In this document: piece by piece, positions 61,551-64,000 of the stretch
Position numbering within the stretch: position 1 is the first letter of the stretch
Layout: each line of letters opens with the position of its first letter
Origin: Pristiophorus japonicus
Taxonomy: Eukaryota
NCBI RefSeq assembly: GCF_044704955.1
Contig: NC_091984.1
Location: forward strand, 147,436,001-147,500,000
Length of the DNA: 64,000 nucleotides
Direction: 5' to 3'
Notes under the pieces: generated by a model
What the model saw: the letters and a program-made list of their open reading frames with translations, nothing else
Told to the model about the DNA's origin: nothing
Databases searched by the model: none
Translations under genes and position numbers: made by a program

Positions 61551-61936
61551 GATGAACAAAAATGAACTCAAGATTTGATAGAGAATTCAAACTGGCTGCA
61601 TTCAGACAGGCTGTGAAAATTCACAGACACCAAGTCAGAGCTGCTATGTGAGTGGGAGCATGTTGCATTAAGTCATCAATCAACTTGACATTTTAGGATT
61701 TTGGGTAGCGAGCCAATTAAAAGGTTAAAAGACTATAAATTAAGCCAATAAGGTCAAAGAAGGGGAGTTCTTTTCTGTAACTTGATCCAGGTATAAGTAC
61801 AGCCATTTTGACCATGTGATATCAGAAGGACAAAGACCTGGCTTAAAGCCAAGAGCTTCTTACTGCTGCCAAAAATAAAGTGACATTAAAACTACAATCG
61901 GAGTTCGTATTTCATTGGAAATTAAGAGATCTAACA
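61551..61936 (+). mobile_element. 5' LTR of an endogenous retrovirus (5' boundary uncertain)
   Basis: CCAAT at ~61713 and ~61745, TATAA ~61792, AATAAA ~61874, ends ...CTAACA just before the PBS. Confidence 0.75.
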
Positions 61937-61940
61937 ATTT

Positions 61941-61958
61941 TGACGTCACGAACACGAT
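61941..61958 (+). other. Primer-binding site, tRNA-Ser(CGA)-like
   Basis: TGACGTCACGAACACGAT vs expected TGGCGTCACGAACAGGAT (16/18). Confidence 0.75.
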
Positions 61959-62224
61959 CGCTGAGGGAAGAAACTGAATTTTGGACATCGGACCTACATA
62001 CTGAGGTAAGGACTCCTCTTTATAAAAGTCCTCAGTCAAAAGTCTAAATTCGCCTCTCCTTCTTCGTGATTCCAAAAGCCTCTGGTTTGCGAACCCTCCA
62101 GTTGGTAGTCGGTTCGAGGTCCCATCGACGTCTAAACTTCGGCGGTGTGTTAGTTAATTAATCACCGACCTATTGATCGGCTAGAAAGCCTACGACTCGA
62201 GACTCCAGTAAAAAAATCAGTATT

Positions 62225-63785
62225 ATGGCAGCAGGAGATAAGAGCAAAGAATTGCCTACAACTGTTAAAGGTGGGCAAGCACCACCTGAGGTTTCGCTAG
62301 ATGAAATTCTCGAACAGTTGAAAGAATACATAGAGCAACAATTCAATTTATCTAAAACCTATATTAAGATCGAACAAAAGTACGGAACCTCCAAAGGACA
62401 ATGGTCCTTGGACGAGATTAAAAAGGTCTGGGGAAAAACGATCCGTGTGAAAAATAAAGAGCGAACTAGATGGTCCCTAGCCATTATGGGAACGATCCGA
62501 AACTGGAATGAAATTATAATGCGTTCCCAACCTGATCGAGAACTGACCAGTACAAAGGATCAATTGCAAGCTGTTTGTGCACAGTTGCGACAGAAAAAGC
62601 TTGAACTTGAAAAGCTGGAAGCGGAAGTTAAATATCTTAAAGGTGAAATTACAGAATGGAAAAAATCATTCGGTCAAGAGACAGTAATAGGAAAAGGAAA
62701 ATGTATCGGTCAATTCCCAGGGTATCCATGTTTGGATAAATTAAAAGCGCAAACCCGAAGACACGACCGAGGAATAGATACGAATTCTGAATCCTCCGAC
62801 GATACAGGGTCGGAGGATGAAGAATTAGGGGTGCGCTTTGCCCCATTTAAAAAAAGACGAGTTGTAGTCAAATCAGAAGAGACTGCGGATGAGGGCGGAA
62901 CCAAAAAAACGAGGAAAAGGGTGTACGAAAAATACTTGGTTCATGATACGGCAGACCCAGAGAAAATTGATAAATGGTCCAAGGAATTGCCCAATCCAAA
63001 GAAAGGGGGAGTGAAAACGTGGGACCAATTGGACCGCTTAAGAAATATATATCAACTTCATCCCTGGGACGGAGTGCAAATTTTGACCATAATGGTGCCA
63101 AAAACACAGGGAAGAAAATTGCACGACAAGATAGAAGAAGCTTTGGGGCAGAATGAGCAAGAATTAGGCACAGGGTGGGAGGCGATTAAACACTGGCTGC
63201 AAGCCTTCAGTCCAGCTAAGACAGACTGGGGAAAATTGCAGCCTGCCAACAGAAAGGAACAGAGGAGGTCCTGGAGTATGACGAGCGGTTTAGATGCACA
63301 TGGCTAGAACATTCAGGTATGAATAATACGGATGAGGAAATGTATGAACAAGTGTTTGGACCCCTGAAAGCAGCTTTCGTGGCAGGTCTAAAGCCAGAAC
63401 TGTCCAAAATGCTTAAGGTAGTGTTACCGGACTGGGAAGGTAGAGGAACTACCTTTGCAGCATAGGTGGATCGATGTAACCAATTAGATCGGGATATGGG
63501 AGCTAAAGTCTGAGCTGTACAGGCTATGGGATGGAAATCCCAGAATTCCGATAAACAGTCATTAGGAAAATTACCCGGAAAATGTCATTATTGTGGGAAG
63601 GAAGGTCACTGGGCCAAGACGTGCAGGGCAAAACAGAAAGGTCGTGGCTGGGGAAGAGGACGCAGCCAGGGATACATTCAGCCAACAAGCCAGGCTTGTC
63701 ACAAGATAACGACCTCATAGAAGCATTTAAGCGACTGACAATACAACAACAGAAGGAGTTACTTGGGATAGCAAAAAACAATTAG
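62225..63785 (+). pseudogene. gag: ERV gag, disrupted (frameshifts near 63230 and 63670; in-frame TAG and TGA)
   Basis: ORF 62225-63307 with coiled coil; MHR-like CQQKGTEEVLEYDERF in the shifted frame; zinc knuckle CHYCGKEGHWAKTC. Confidence 0.88.
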
Positions 63786-64000
63786 AGCCCACCCTGGCCC
63801 CCCTCCTCGCACTGATACAACAGAGGGGAGATGGGCTATATATAACTGTGAGGGTGGGCGATAAGGATGTGGACTGTCTTTTAGACACAGGGGCGGAATT
63901 AACATGCTCACCCCTACAAAATGGAAACTTTTTGCCATTGGATGGTAGGGCATGTACAGCCTATGGAGTTGGAGGCCATAAAATGGAAATTAAAAGGACA
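63773..64000 (+). CDS. pro: ERV aspartic protease (start of pro-pol), in the -1 frame relative to the gag end; runs off the window
   Basis: QLEPTLAPLLALIQQRGDGLYITVRVGDKDVDCLLDTGAELTCSP...AYGVGGHK contains the catalytic DTG and flap GVGG. Confidence 0.88.

Overview
Cartilaginous-fish (shark-like) genomic DNA, mostly made of transposon debris: CR1 LINEs of several ages, L2, RTE, Tx1-like LINEs and tRNA/Deu-domain SINEs. The only apparently functional host gene is one unrearranged (split) immunoglobulin kappa (type III / NS4-like) light-chain cluster on the + strand: promoter, leader (15730-15778), V (15965-16266) with a 12-bp RSS, a 23-bp RSS with J (17698-17732), C (29400-29728) and polyA signals. 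Two 'ghost' copies of the cluster's non-coding scaffold lie downstream. A direct copy (~33.2-38.0 kb) and an inverted copy (~48.2-57.9 kb) have both lost V, J and C but keep candidate B-cell enhancer blocks. The window also holds intronless, decayed copies of an MROH1-like gene and of MLXIPL/ChREBP. At the right end is a defective endogenous retrovirus with a tRNA-Ser PBS and a -1 frameshift gag-pro junction. I found no clearly new biological system; the ghost clusters, enhancer candidates and ERV frameshift are the best leads. All family assignments come from motif recognition by eye; no searches were run, and repeat boundaries are approximate.
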